From positions 8,669,937 to 8,733,936 of the forward strand of contig CAVNZM010000011.1 of NCBI GenBank assembly GCA_963693365.1: DNA of 64,000 nt, written 5' to 3'. The first letter of the stretch is position 1. The number at the start of each line of letters is the position of its first letter. Position numbers and translations under genes: made by a program. Shown in pieces: positions 1-21,360 of the stretch. A model generated the notes under the pieces. That model made no database searches, had not been told where the DNA came from, and saw only the letters and a list, made by a program, of their open reading frames with translations. This DNA comes from Amoebidium appalachense (taxonomy: Eukaryota; Protista; Ichthyosporea).

Positions 1-358
1 CCCCCCCCCCCCCCCCCCCCCCCCGCCATATATACACACGCTGACTCATTTTACTTGATTCAGTGTGCTGCACTTATACCACCTCCATGCAACCCCCCCC
101 CCCCCCCCCTCCCCCCCCCCCCCCCCTCCCCTCCCCCCGGAGACTCCACCCACCCACCCACCCTCCCCCTCTCCCTCCCGTCCATGCTTGATTCATATAA
201 GTTGTATTTCACATCGCACATAGGTGCAAGCTGAGTCCCGTATTTGTCTTGTGTAGTTGTTGTAAAGACGTTTGGGGTTGCAGGGTTCTCAGAAGCATTC
301 GACCATACAAGTATACGTTGTATGTTTGACATTACGCTTTGGTGTACATCACGATAGT

Positions 359-396
<38 letters not shown>

Positions 397-455
397 GGAG
401 GGGAGGGGATCATGTTTTTTATTCCTGACTTCTAACGAGGAGAGGCTCCATGCAG

Positions 456-7745
<7,290 letters not shown>

Positions 7746-8821
7746 AATAAGTGTCGGATCGTCATTCAAGATCGCGTACAAAATGATTTGACAACGGACA
7801 CCACTCACCCCCTCCCTCTCTCACTCCCTCTTTCCTCACACGGCACACATACACACTCGCTTTCTCTTTTCTCTCTCACACCGTGCTCGCGCGCTCACAC
7901 ACACACACACGTTTACATGCACCCATACTCGTGTTAGAATGAATTTTTTTATTTTTTGCTACACCGCTTTTTTTGTGTGTGTTCAGATTGTCACAGTAGG
8001 TCTTTTGCTGCGTTTCCCAAAAACGTACCCTCATCATGTCGTGTTTGTTACTATGTTACGCATTGCGTATGTTACATCATTCTGTTTGTGTTTGTTTTAC
8101 TTCTCGTCCTTAGCCCATTGCACAAACTGATGTTGCGCCTAATTTATATCGTTGTTTGGTAGTCTCCACATAATATATGTTAAGGCAGAGTCGTCCAAGT
8201 CTGTGCTTTTTTGTATTTTACATTTGTATTTTTATTATATTTTGCATTTAAAAAGGAAATGCATTTACACAGTTTTTCTGTGTCGATGGTTGGTGTGCTC
8301 TATTGTAATGGTTGTATAATACTGATAACTTCTTCCAATCAGGTATTGGATATAAAGAAAATAATTCATACATCTGTTGAAAAGATCGTAAAATGGGGCT
8401 GCTAGTTCGACTGCATGCACTTTACTTGCATTAATGCATTCGTTTTTAGAATTATAACGATTATGGAATGGAATTGTGTCGTTTTCTTACTTCAACCTGA
8501 ATTTGTGTTGTATGCAACAGTAATAAACATGTAGGCACGTGATATGTATGTGAATAATATGTGAATATGTCCGGGTTGTTTCGTTATCACTTTGTCTTTG
8601 CGTTATCATACGGACTGGTTCCGCAAAAAAAAAAGAAATTGATTAATATCTCACACACAGTCTTGCTTTATTCAGCTCGGAGGATGTATGGAGGAACTTC
8701 TGTATTTAAAATGGATTTGTGTGTAGTGGTGCACGTGTGGTGGTGGGCGGCGGGCGGGCGGGCGCGGGGGGGGGGGGGGGGGGGGGGGTAGGGGTTAATA
8801 TCGACGTCCGCGGGGTGGTAT

Positions 8822-8855
<34 letters not shown>

Positions 8856-9696
8856 TCCCCACCTCCCCCCCGAGCGTGTGCATAATGGCCAATCTCGGTT
8901 TTAGTTGACTATTACAAATTTAAAACTATCATATCACGTGCTCACCTCGCAGTCAACATGCATGTCTTCGTGCGACTGTGTGTCTGTGTGACGGGGCATG
9001 TATGTATGTGTGCGTGTGCATATATATATATGGTGTGATGTAGGTGGGTGTTCGAGTATCTATAGCTATCTGCATGTTCATGTCAATGTTCGCATCGCTG
9101 GTTTGTGTACGGTAACCTCGTGTACATGTGTGTGTGTGTGTGTGGTACGTACATGTATATGCAGGCAGGTTCATGTGACAGTGTGTGGCTGTGTGTGTGT
9201 GTGCACGGCGCGGAGACTGGAGAAGAGTTCCGCCCGGCAGGCCCACGGAGAGAGGGCACCCGGAGGGGAAGGGGGGGGGGGGGGGGGGGGGGGGGGCTCG
9301 GAGCGTATGACCTGAGGGTGTATGTAGCCTGAGTGTCAGGTGAACAAGACTAGTAGTATTCATCTTTGTTAACGTTTCGGGGAGTTCAATCCGTGCCGCC
9401 AGTGCCACCGAAATATAGCATGGGTAGGCACCCGATCAACATGCCGCCGAATGTCCTTCCATATTAATTTAGTGAATGATTTTATACCAATATGGCATAG
9501 TGGGTTTTCTGGTAGTATATGCGTCATATTTGCCCTTAAAGAATCAAAAGTGCCAGTAAAAAGCTTCCTCTGAATTGCACGTGTTCTTAAACTGAAAAAA
9601 GAAAAGAAAAACTTGCACGTTGCAGAATGAGCACTGTGTTGCAAAATCTGTAAGGAGGGGCTATTGTTTGTTCCGGGCCGTGTCCTTAGCTCTGCT

Positions 9697-9737
<41 letters not shown>

Positions 9738-9860
9738 CCCTCCTCCTCCCCATCCCCCCCAACCCCCCATTCACACACACACACACACACACACAGTTCA
9801 AAGGCACAGGCACACACGCACACTGACACATTTACCTCCAGGCTTCTCATGATGCATCGT

Positions 9861-9931
<71 letters not shown>

Positions 9932-10333
9932 TTTGTCCCCTTGTCCTGGGCCAGGCTTGAACATCACAACTGTGTGGAAATGATCAGCCTGCCCTCGTGA
10001 AAAACTTCTACACAAAAACACGCACATTCTTGCTTACCGATGCAAAATGAGCTAGCTGCCCACCCCCCACCCCTACCCTGTCAGCAGCATGCGGCTGCTT
10101 GTGTTGTGTGATGTATGATTCGCTTTCAAGTTGAGCACTTCAAGCGGCCAGCCTCTTTGATGTAGAATGATACAATGACCATAGCGTGAGCAGTAACATA
10201 ACAAGCACTTTATTACGAGTGTGATCGACTCCGTGTGCGTTTTCCAGCGCAGCCAATCAAATGCAGCTAGTGACATATGTACATGCTAGGCAACAATTAG
10301 CGCCATCGTAGTATATGGCACCCCTATTACATA

Positions 10334-11360
10334 TTATGGGTAAGTAGAGGCTAGCATCGGTAGCTCCGAAAGAAAGTTAAGGCACCGTATCACAATATCA
10401 TACTGTGCAGCATTAATAAGGTGATCTAGGATAGTCAGTAAAAAACGGATATATTGAGGAAGAGAGGGAGAAAAGAGAATAAAACCGCCAATAACCTCCG
10501 ATTCTATTACGTTAGCTAACAGGTTACACTTATTGATAGATATGCATCCGCGAGTAAACCACCCCCCACACATATTACACATACGAGCAGGAGACATGTA
10601 CACCAGAAACCGATTACACCGCCAAGCCATAATCATCTTTGCGTTTTTACACCACGCGCATTACGAATAAACGAATCTATGTAGGAACGAGACTCTCTAA
10701 CCGTATCCGCCATATAGGCTACTAGTAGTTGGTGTTTTTGCAGTCCTAACACAGGAAGGGACTCAACACGTAGAGTAAAAATATATCTATCAGCCAGTAG
10801 ACTTGAAACTGTTAACCTTCATATTCACACTATGATCTAGCCGTACCTCCAGTGGGGTCGCCAGCCATTCCGCATAACGCTCGACAATGGGCAGAGACGA
10901 TGTGGAAGGGAAGAGGTAGAGGGGCGAGTCCGGCGGGGATGCGTGTAGCCGGAAGAGCGGGTGGTCCCGGGCACAAGCGGACAGGCGGGTGATGTGCTCG
11001 TGAAATTTAAGGGCTAATTTGTGTACGCGTTGTGATGGTGGTGTGAGTGCGTAGAGAGAATCAACAAGGCGTCTAGAGATAGGTGTGGAAAGACCAGCGA
11101 GAAACGTACAAGTTGTGTAGTGGAAATCATCTATTGATTGGAGGACATTATTAACAGTATCAGGGGGGTGATGGCATAGCTATAGCTAGTAAGGACAACC
11201 CGTATTCAGACAATGGGCGAATATATGTGTGAAATATACTAAGACGGTTGTATAGGTGTACAGTATTAGAAAGATTAGCAAGATACACATATCCCTAATT
11301 AACCGAAGACACCTGCCTGCACTCTCCACCCGACGGTCGATCATCCGTTTGAAACATACA
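10334..11360 (-). pseudogene. C-terminal part of an old, degenerate non-LTR retrotransposon ORF, related to the LINE copies at 16.1-21.4 kb
   Basis: FKRMIDRRVESA resembles FPHMVEKRVELA; RLSIFHTYIRPLSEYGLSLLA resembles RLTFIRTFVFPVCEYGLPLLA; AWRCNRF...CNMCGGWFTRGC...TILDHLINAAQYDIVIRCLNFL resembles QWRSNKY...NILDFILNTRNYDLFIRCIDWL. Contains frameshifts. Confidence 0.8.
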
Positions 11361-11658
11361 AGGTAAGAGCAGGTGCAAGTCAATAGCTACCGTTGCACAT
11401 TATTCCACTTTAACTTGATCAATTGGTACGTTTGGGTACGTCTATACCCACCCAAAGTCGTGGAAGACTTCATCGGTCAAACTACGTTAAACCCCGATTG
11501 CCGTTAATATTTCCCCTACTCCGTGTTCTTTCCCAATGGCCCCTCCCTCCCCCCCCCCCCCCCCTCCCCCCCCCCCGCCCCCAACAACCACACGTGGAAT
11601 CACCACCCACCCACACACCCATACACCCATCCACACACACACACACACACACACACGT

Positions 11659-11752
<94 letters not shown>

Positions 11753-11795
11753 TCACTCGCTCGCTCGCTCACTCGATCACACACTCACACACACA

Positions 11796-11842
<47 letters not shown>

Positions 11843-11893
11843 AAAAAACTTGAAAATTACTTTGAACTGTCAGTTGGCCGCCGTCCTCCCCCC

Positions 11894-11944
<51 letters not shown>

Positions 11945-11997
11945 ACACACACGTGCATACACATAAACGCACGCACAAACACACAAGCACGCGTGCG

Positions 11998-12035
<38 letters not shown>

Positions 12036-12676
12036 GAACCCCCTCCCCCCCCCCCCTCCCCGAAAAAAAAAAAAAAACTTGGAAATAAGGCTTTGGACCC
12101 CCCCCCCCCTCCCCCGCCCCCGGAAATCCCCCTCCCTTCGAATCTGATGCTCAGTCCATCATTTCTTACGTGGGCGCAGTGGGTCTTATTCAGATTTACC
12201 CTCCAGTGTACGCGAGCCTCAGCTCTGACCAGGGAGATTGCACTTGTCACGTTGGATGATGTAAAAAGAGTTGTGCACATGATTAAATTGTGCTGCTAAC
12301 TTATGAAAGTGGAGGGAACCCGAGGATGGGGTTTCGGCATTATATAAGCGGGAGATGATATTCGGAAGCTTGACAATGTGCGTGTGGGAAAATTAAATGG
12401 CCTTGAGTAGACTCCATTTACTTCTTCTGCACCTTCCCCCTCCCCCTCCCTCCCCTTTTTCTCTTCCCGTCGGGCCCTCTCTCTCCGCTGGGTCCCTCCT
12501 CTCACCCCCTCCCCTCCCGGGCCCCTTCTCAAAAAAGAAAAAAGAAAAGAAAAAGAATTGGATCTGATCTCCCCAAAGGATGCATGCGTGTACATGTCGT
12601 GGTGCTCGCAATCACCGGGTCTAACGAGTCAAAGTGGATGAGTATGGCAACGATGGACACTCATACAAACCACACT

Positions 12677-12793
<117 letters not shown>

Positions 12794-12899
12794 CACATGT
12801 ACACGCGTACGTACGATGCACCCCCGTGTACGGCATGTATTCACACGAACAAAGTTCCACACACACTTTGTTTCAGACACACACACACAACACACGCAC

Positions 12900-13016
<117 letters not shown>

Positions 13017-13023
13017 GCACGCA

Positions 13024-13087
<64 letters not shown>

Positions 13088-13827
13088 AACTGTCCATCCT
13101 CGTCACATGCATAGTTGGATATATTTACTTGATGCGTCAAAAGGTGTTCATTGGTTGATATATTTACTTATGGCGTCCAATTCTCCAAGTTTCATTCGTC
13201 GTACGTACTATCGAAAGGAGGCGAAATCGGCATCGGGCACGTTGTGATTTTTATCATAGCATTTATCGAAAAGTAAAAAAAATGGATTTTTTACGATGTT
13301 TTATTATTTTTGCTAGACCAATAGTCATACCCGAGCGCCATGGCATGTAGCCGAGAACGGTCCTTTTTGACTCAGGGTTGCATTAGTTCATACCCTGACA
13401 CCTACAGCCACACGTAGCGGCTGCTTACCTCCCTTTTTGCCCTCTAATACTTTGTTCTGAATCAATTTTGGACTTAAACTTTTTATATTTTTTGACACAA
13501 ACACCTCCACACGTTAATATTCTTCTATGCTGCTTGGTTTTATGCGCGTTTCGGCTTTTGATTTCGCTATGCAAATCTCCGCGGGTTGCATAGTCAGTGA
13601 TTAGTCACTGGGCCAGATTACGGGAAGGTCAAACGGTCGTTATAATATTAGTTAATGCCCCATTCGTCCACCGGAATCCCCAAATACTTGTATTCGGTTG
13701 GGCGAGGGAGGGGACTGCCGAAAATACAAACGTCGTCCCAGGTTGGGATGGATTTTGATAAAAGGGCACACCTTTTAACGTTAACCTTCATATCATTACG
13801 CTGGCACCAGTGTTCAACCACACGTAT

Positions 13828-15176
13828 TTTTATTTTTTTTTATTTTATCCCGTTTCACTCCCGGAGGCACTGCCTAAGGGGAGCTAACGTCTTCCACAGT
13901 AGACACACGAATGTGCTCTCTACATAGTGCAACTATAAGTCAGGATACATAATCCCGACTGTCACTACATATTCTGGCAATTCTTAGCCCACGGGGTTGC
14001 CGCAGTCACGCTAGTGGGGATTGAGCAAACTCACTTCAACCAACACCTAGCCAGGAGTGACCCGGGGGAAAATAAAAGGGTATAAGCAAGAAAAAATGTT
14101 CGGAAAGTTAGAAACAATACAATAAGACGAAGCAGTGTGTTCGTGCTGCTCTGCATGGTGGAAAAGAAAGAAAGAAGAGCAGTGTGTTTGTGCTGCTCGG
14201 CATGGTAGAAGACTAGAGCAGGGTGTTGGTGCTGCTCGGCATGGTAGAAGACACTAGAGCAGGGTGTTGGTGCTGCTCGGCATGGTAGAAGACAATAGAG
14301 CAGGGTGTTGGTGCTGCTCGGCATGGTAGAAGACACTAGAGCAGGGTGTTGGTGCTGCTCGGCATGGTAGAAGACACTAGAGCAGGGTGTTGGTGCTGCT
14401 CGGCATGGTAGAAGACACTAGAGCAGGGTGTTGGTGCTGCTCGGCATGGTAGAAGACTAGAGCAGGGTGATGGTGCTGCTCGGCATGGTAGAAGACACTA
14501 GAGCAGGGTGTTGGTGTTGCTCGGCATGGTAGAAGACACTAGAGCAGGGTGATGGTGCTGCTCGGCATGGTAGAAGACACTAGAGCAGGGTGATGGTGCT
14601 GCTCGGCATGGTAGAAGACCCTAGAGCAGGGTGTTGGTGCTGCTCGGCATGGTAGAGGACACTAGAGCAGGGTGTTGGTGCTGCTCGTCATGGTGGAAGA
14701 AGACAGCATGAAGTTCGTGCGGCCTATTGGTATTCTTATGTTTTTCTAGAGTTTTTGACGCTTTAGTAAATTTCGTTTTTCCTGACAAAGTGCCCATGTC
14801 GCAAAACTAATAACTCGTGTTGTACTAGTCCTACGGCAACGGCTCAAACACGGCCATGTTGCCAGCGTTTGGCTCTATGCAATGGTGTGCATGCCGCCCC
14901 TTGTGCGTAAATGTGGTGGAGTGTGGATGCAGCGGCGCACGGCCGTTTACGAAACACGTGTCGTGTTTTGTGCCTGGTCGCGATGGCCCTGTGCGTGTTA
15001 AAATTTAAGAGAATAGGAATGTGCAAAATACGCATCTTGATTGGTTGCATTTTATCTGATGAGCCCGGAGTGGCGATCTTATTGGATAGTTAACTGCTAT
15101 TTTTAAGGAATCATACTGCTTGTTCACCGATCACATATGGTTTTGATGTGATCGGGAGCCCGACATGGCGCGACTG
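13828..15176 (-). mobile_element. Non-coding retroposed insert (SINE-like/non-autonomous), about 1.35 kb, with A-rich tail and 18-bp target-site duplication
   Basis: GTGTTCAACCACACGTAT is present at both 13810-13827 and 15177-15194. A T-rich tail on + at 13828-13848 abuts the TSD, and removing the insert restores the RT reading frame. Confidence 0.85.
14128..14702. repeat. 41-bp tandem minisatellite, about 14 copies (AGAGCAGGGTGTTGGTGCTGCTCGGCATGGTAGAAGACACT)
   Basis: Head-to-tail units, nearly identical in the middle and degenerate at the edges; no spacers. Confidence 0.95.
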
Positions 15177-16130
15177 GTGTTCAACCACACGTATATATTG
15201 CCGTAATTCGATAGGATCGGATGACACTGTGCACAATATCGTCGGCGAAAAAGAGGGCGGGTGGGGCCTTGGAAGGCAACCCCCCGTCAATTTGTGCCGC
15301 AGAAAGGGCGTCAGCCAAATCGTCAATATACAGGTTGAAAAGAAGTGGGCTTAGCAGGGACCCCTGTAGTACCCCGCGCGTGCGGGTAAATCCCGGGGAC
15401 AGCCGCCCATTAACCACCGCCCGTCCGCGCTTGATGTAAACATAGCTTCCAGTAGCCGACCCATTTGGGATGGGACACCGCGGGTGGCCAACTTGGCCCA
15501 CAAGCGAGGGAGGTCGAACGTGTCGTACGCATTCTTGAAGTCGATAAAGACGAGGTGCTCGGCATCACCTTGGGTTGCGTTGTGTAGTGTGAGAATTTCA
15601 GCGTAACATGACGATTCCGAAACGCCGCCTGAAGTGGGCTCAGCTGGGAAGCCTGCTGAAGGGTGGGATTACGAGACAAGGCCTGTAGAAGGCCACTTTT
15701 GGACAATCGGCGAAAGACGGACGTGTGATAGGGCGAAATTCGTCAATGGGACCCCGTGCAACCGTTTTCTTGATGGGAAACACTATGGTGTTCAGGCCAC
15801 TCCGAGGGCACTTTACCGACATCAGAATACCAGCTAAGCAATTCGCTAAGCCTTATACGCGCAAGGGGTGGCGGCGGGTCACAGCACTCCGCGGCCGCCG
15901 TTGGCTTCGTGTATGGTGCCGGACATCGTAGATCGACCCCTCCGGAAACTCCGATCATATGGATAGATCCAGCTCAATAAAACATGTAAATGTGGGTGTG
16001 GTGGGGCGCAAATTGCATTTTTGGACAGGTCTCATCGAGTGCTTGGGGGCTACGCTTTGAGCGGCTGAAAAATCTTGAAAAATAAAAAGATTTTCTAATA
16101 GTGAAAATTTTGACCCCGATGAGGGGTGCA

Positions 16131-18028
16131 TATGACGTCATCGCTTTTTACCACATGCAAATGTGGACATGTCCCGTCATCTTGGTTAGATACCTTAGTG
16201 ATCCCCATAGTTAAGAAGGACTCTGAGGGCCCCATATCATCCTTTCGCCCCATTACACTAACCCAGGTTGTTCGTAGATTCTTTGAAGCTTGCTTACTTA
16301 GGTTATTTGCACATCACCCTAGGTTTCAATCTATTCTTCACATACACCCATGCCAATCCGCTTTTCGTAAAAACAATTCATGTTATGTTCAAATAATGGC
16401 ACTGCACGATTCTATGCAAGTTGGTGCACGATATTATTGATTGGAAAACTGCTTACGATTCTGTCTCCCCTGGTCTCCTATGGGAAAAGCTTGCTGCACG
16501 GGGTGTACCACACTGCATTGGTGTTCTGTTAGAAGCACTCTTGTCTCAAACCTATGGTAGAGCTGTGGTTAATGGGCATCTTTCATATGGCTTTGCTCGT
16601 ACTAGAGGTCTCTTGCAGGGTTCATTGCTTAGCCCCTTTTTGTTTAACCTATTTATAGATGATTTGGCTGTCAAGATTTACGCCGAAAACGATGACCCTA
16701 TTAATAACTTTCCGCCTGCACTTCTCTATGCTGATGATCTGTCCCTCCTTGCCCGTACCCCTAGACGCCTGCAAAGATTGTTCGATGTAGTGTCAGAGTG
16801 GTGCAAGGCAAACCCTATGATCCTTAACATAGACAAATGTGGTGTTCTTGTACCTGATATAGCTAACAATTTACACACATTTACATTATCATCTAAACCT
16901 GTACCTATAGTTCCAGAATACAAATATCTTGGTGTTCCGGTTGATTCTGTTGGTGTTATGTTTCCCCATATGGTCGAAAAGAGGGTAGAGTTGGCTCGTA
17001 AGCGGTTAGCTTTCTTCTCGGCTAATATTTTTAAAGACACCCCCCTCCATCCTTCTATTAGACTTACATTTATTCGCACTTTTGTCTTCCCGGTATGTGA
17101 ATATGGTTTACCCCTTCTCGCCGCTTGGATCAAGAAAGAGAGAACTAGAGCGCTTAAACCCTTGGCAAATTTCCTTGAAGCAGAAGTTGCCTCCTTTCTA
17201 TCTAACAACTGTTGTAAACCTGGGCCTGTAACGCTCTCGATATATGGTCTGGTCCCAATAGCTGCTAGAGTATCCTATCTCGCGCTGAAATTCAATAAGC
17301 ACATAAGCCGCTTAAAGAAGTATTTGCCCTCCCACCCTCTCTTCTCTATCCGACCTGTCCCCTCCTCACCTCTCCCCTCTTTCCTCCCCTCTCTCTTCCC
17401 TTCTCCCCTGGGCACAAATACAAATAAACCCCGCAATAGTGTGTGTGTGACTTTGGACTGCCACTTACTTATTAAACATGTACACAATCACAAGATAATC
17501 ACGCAATATAACAAATGGAAAAAGATACCACACGACACTAGACCCGATGAAAGCATACACCTTGAAAAACTAAGCCTTATGTCTCGTTTTATATATACTG
17601 ACCGCCTCAACCATATTGCCAAATATGGCACTCGCAAATGTATAACACCTAAATACATATTACCTTCCTGTAGAACTCGTCTTTCTCTAGCGGATGGTAT
17701 TATTGATCAATTACCACGCTTTTACTGTACACGTGCTATACAGTGGAGATCTAATAAGTATAAGGTGGCATCATTTGCATGCCCAAACAACACACACACA
17801 CACCAGTTTAACCGGTCATGTATCGCCAAATGTAGTTTGATAGACCACATAATACCGCAACACACACACGTCACATTCACAACAGACACCCAGAAAGATA
17901 GCCTACCTGTAAATTACAACATCCTTGATTATACTAAACACGCGTAACTACGACCTGTTTATTAGATGTATTGATTGGCTTGAGAAACACATCACTACAA
18001 AATTATAGCGCACGCGCACACACAAACA

Positions 18029-18105
<77 letters not shown>

Positions 18106-18136
18106 CAGCTGATACCGAGTGTCCCAAGGGGAGCCC

Positions 18137-18174
<38 letters not shown>
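16131..18174 (+). mobile_element. 5'-truncated non-LTR retrotransposon, copy 1 (RT plus Cys-containing C-terminal domain, poly-A tail), two frameshifts
   Basis: ORFs 16126-16440 and 16421-17947: VPSSW..LVIPIVKK...FRPITL, QSAFR, IDWKTAYDSV, GLLQGSLLSPFLFNLFIDDL, LYADDL, YKYLGV. The 3' UTR has (CA)n and AAGGGGAGCCCCTT, then poly-A at 18141-18174. A 2-nt deletion near 17930 relative to copy 2. Confidence 0.92.
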
Positions 18175-18175
<1 letters not shown>

Positions 18176-19285
18176 GGGGAACCCCAACTAATTGATTTCT
18201 CCTTGTAGTCTTTATGGTGTCTCGTAGAGAAAGTAAACCCTGATATATAGTCACCACCCGACATCTATGTACGTGATCATGATATACCGCTGAGGGGATA
18301 TTCCGAGCAAAACCCCCCCCCATACCTGAGACTGGTTCTCTTTGCCTCGAGTAAACAGCGTAAACCCCCCATGCATATCTCGATACCCTCATAGTCGACC
18401 AAGCACTTTCTTTGCAGTTTTGGACTCGTCTCGACGAGACCTGTCGAGCCATACCACTGGCACTTGTCTGTGGCCTTTATTTCAGAAGCTCATTTTCACA
18501 AATTTCACTGATACACCATCTGAGTTGGTGGGTAGGGGTTTTCGGGAGGGGGCTCGGCAGGGTGGGTTAGTTGCTAGCAAATGGTTACCCATAGCCTGTA
18601 GTTGTTGCCTTGTGCTAGAAGTGCCGCTCTTGGTTCCCCGCTCGGGACCAGGGGCGGCGTTAGTTTGAGTGAAGCATAACCATGGGGCGTGTTTTCAATA
18701 GGACCAAACAATGCTGAACAGCGGCAAAGGCCCCCGTTAAGTTGAAGCGTTCTGCGGGAGAGCTTTCTGCAGAGCTCAGGCCTGGTAAACGTGTAGCCAT
18801 GTGTGAGGGGGGCGAGGATGACGGGGGCAAGGAGGCTGACGATTCTGAGTTACCCGAGCCTGTTGTAGACACCGACACACCCGATATGATAGACCTGTTA
18901 GAGCCCCTCCCTAGCATACAATTCAGGCAAACTCGTGCCCAACAAGGGGAGGCACGGCTGTCCCAACACCTCTCCGGAGAGTCACGGAAAAACAAAGCGA
19001 AAAAGAAAAAAAAAATCCAGTGTCTCTGTTGCCGCTCATGAACCCCCCCCCCCCCCCCCCCCCCAATTAAGCTTGAAGTTCAGCACATATACACACACAC
19101 ACAGGGAGAAGGGGGAAGAAGGGAGGGAGGGGGGGGAGGGAGAGAGAGAGGAGGGAGGGAAAAAGGGGGGGGGGGGGGAGGAGAGGGGGGTCAGACATTT
19201 ATCCTCACTGTTGCATTCCTCAACCCCCCCCCCCCCCCCCTTTCTCCTCCCCCCTTGCGTACTGCACACAAGCGCACGCGCACGT

Positions 19286-19363
<78 letters not shown>

Positions 19364-19379
19364 CACACGCACACGCACT

Positions 19380-19414
<35 letters not shown>

Positions 19415-19589
19415 CACATCATACACACAGGGGGAAGGGGGAAGAAGGGGGGGGGGGGGGAGGGGAGGAAGGAGGGGGGGATCGAACATTGATCCTCACT
19501 GTTGCACTCCTAAACCCCCCCCCTCCCCCCCCCCCCCCTTTTCCCCTTCCCTTGAGTTCTGCACACATGCGCACGAGCACGTGCACACA

Positions 19590-19665
<76 letters not shown>

Positions 19666-19973
19666 CACACACACGTGTAATCTGGGTTGTCTGAAGTGAG
19701 ACGGCGGGGTCTCGTTATTTCCTCATAGAGAACCATGGTTGCGTGCAGACAAGCCGTGTCCGAGTAACAGGCTCCGAGAACGTTGATTACCGACACGAAC
19801 AGTTCTGAGAAGCTGCCAGCACTGCAACGCCCGATACATGGACGCCAAGAAACTGCACTTAATTAGCTTAAATTTTGCGCAAAATTTGCGCAAACAACTA
19901 ATTACGCGCTAATTACGCGCTAATTATTACTAATAAAACACTAATTACTCATTAATTAAGGGTTTGAGGGGCC

Positions 19974-21238
19974 TATGACGTCATCGTTTTGATGTAGTGT
20001 CAGAGTGGTGCAAGGCAAACCTTATGATCCTTAACATAGACAAATGTGGTGTTCTTGTACCTGATATAGCTAACAATTTACACACATTTACATTATCATC
20101 TAAACCTGTACCTATAGTTCCAGAATACAAATATCTTGGTGTTCCGGTTGATTCTGTTGGTGTTATGTTTCCCCATATGGTCGAAAAGAGGGTAGAGTTG
20201 GCTCGTAAGCGGTTAGCTTTCTTCTCGGCTAATATTTTTAAAGACACACCCCTCCATCCTTCTATTAGACTTACATTTATTCGCACTTTTGTCTTCCCGG
20301 CATGTGAATATGGTTTACCCCTTCTCGCCGCTTGGATCAAGAAAGAGAGAACTAGAGCGCTTAAACCCTTGGCAAATTTCCTTGAAGCAGAAGTTGCCTC
20401 CTTTCTATCTAACAACTGTTGTAAACCTGGGCCTGTAACGCTCTCGATATATGGTCTGGTCCCAATAGCTGCTAGAGTATCCTATCTCGCGCTGAAATTC
20501 AATAAGCACATAAGCCGCTTAAAGAAGTATTTGCCCTCCCACCCTCTCTTCTCTATCCGACCTGTCCCCTCCTCACCTCTCCCCTCTTTCCTCCCCTCTC
20601 TCTCCCCTTCTCCCCTGGGCACAAATACAAATAAACCCCGCAATAGTGTGTGTGTGACTTTGGACTGCCACTTACTTATTAAACATGTACACAATCACAA
20701 GATAATCACGCAATATAACAAATGGAAAAAGATACCACACGACACTAGACCCGATGAAAGCATACACCTTGAAAAACTAAGCCTTATGTCTCGTTTTATA
20801 TATACTGACCGCCTCAACCATATTGCCAAATATGGCACTCGCAAGTGTATAACACCTAAATACATATTACCTTCCTGTAGAACTGGTCTTTCTCTAGCTG
20901 ATGGTATTATTGATCAATTACCACGCTTTTACTGTACACGTGCTATACAGTGGAGATCTAATAAGTATAAGGTGGCATCATTTGCATGCCCAAACAACAC
21001 ACACACACACCAGTTTAACCGGTCATGTATCGCCAAATGTAGTTTGATAGACCACATAATACCGCAACACACACACGTCACATTCACAACAGACACCCAG
21101 AAAGATAGCCTACCTGTAAATTACAACATCCTTGATTTTATACTAAACACGCGTAACTACGACCTGTTTATTAGATGTATTGATTGGCTTGAGAAACACA
21201 TCACTACAAAATTATAGCGCACGCGCACACACACACAC

Positions 21239-21295
<57 letters not shown>

Positions 21296-21327
21296 CCAGC
21301 TGATACCGAGTGTCCCGAGGGGAGCCC

Positions 21328-21359
<32 letters not shown>
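19974..21359 (+). mobile_element. Non-LTR retrotransposon, copy 2 (near-identical to copy 1, lacks the RT core)
   Basis: ORF 19997-21217 differs from copy 1 by only a few substitutions and has an intact C-terminus (...DWLEKHITTKL*), the same 3' UTR and poly-A at 21332-21359. Confidence 0.92.

Positions 21360-21360
<1 letters not shown>

Larger units (their letters stand above)
13620..15911 (-). pseudogene. Degenerate reverse-transcriptase domain of the old minus-strand LINE, interrupted by the insert at 13828-15176
   Basis: Minus-strand motifs GKVPSEW, NTIVFPIKK...FRPIT, FIDFKNAYD, GRAVVNG...RGVLQGSLLSPLLFNLYIDDL and LFFADDI. After the insert it continues IRVVEHWCQRNDMKVNVKRC...EYKYLGIPVD. 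Confidence 0.85.

Noticed and set aside
9300-10280. Possible MULE/FAR1-like transposase relic on the minus strand
   Set aside because: Cys/His spacing is only suggestive; there are multiple stops and no TIRs found.
14128-14702. 41-bp array as a CRISPR
   Set aside because: Units are contiguous with no unique spacers, there are no cas genes, and the context is eukaryotic.
16126-17947. RT as a retron, group II intron, DGR, telomerase or Penelope RT
   Set aside because: The motifs (VPxxW, FRPITL, QGSxLSPxLFNxxIDDL, YADD, YKYLG) and the poly-A tail are those of non-LTR retrotransposons; I saw no template/variable repeat pair or GIY-YIG domain.
18176-18660. Possible degenerate APE endonuclease on the minus strand
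   Set aside because: Only faint motif resemblance across several stops and frameshifts, and the region also carries a palindromic CGTCTCGACGAGAC motif more typical of DNA-element sub-termini.
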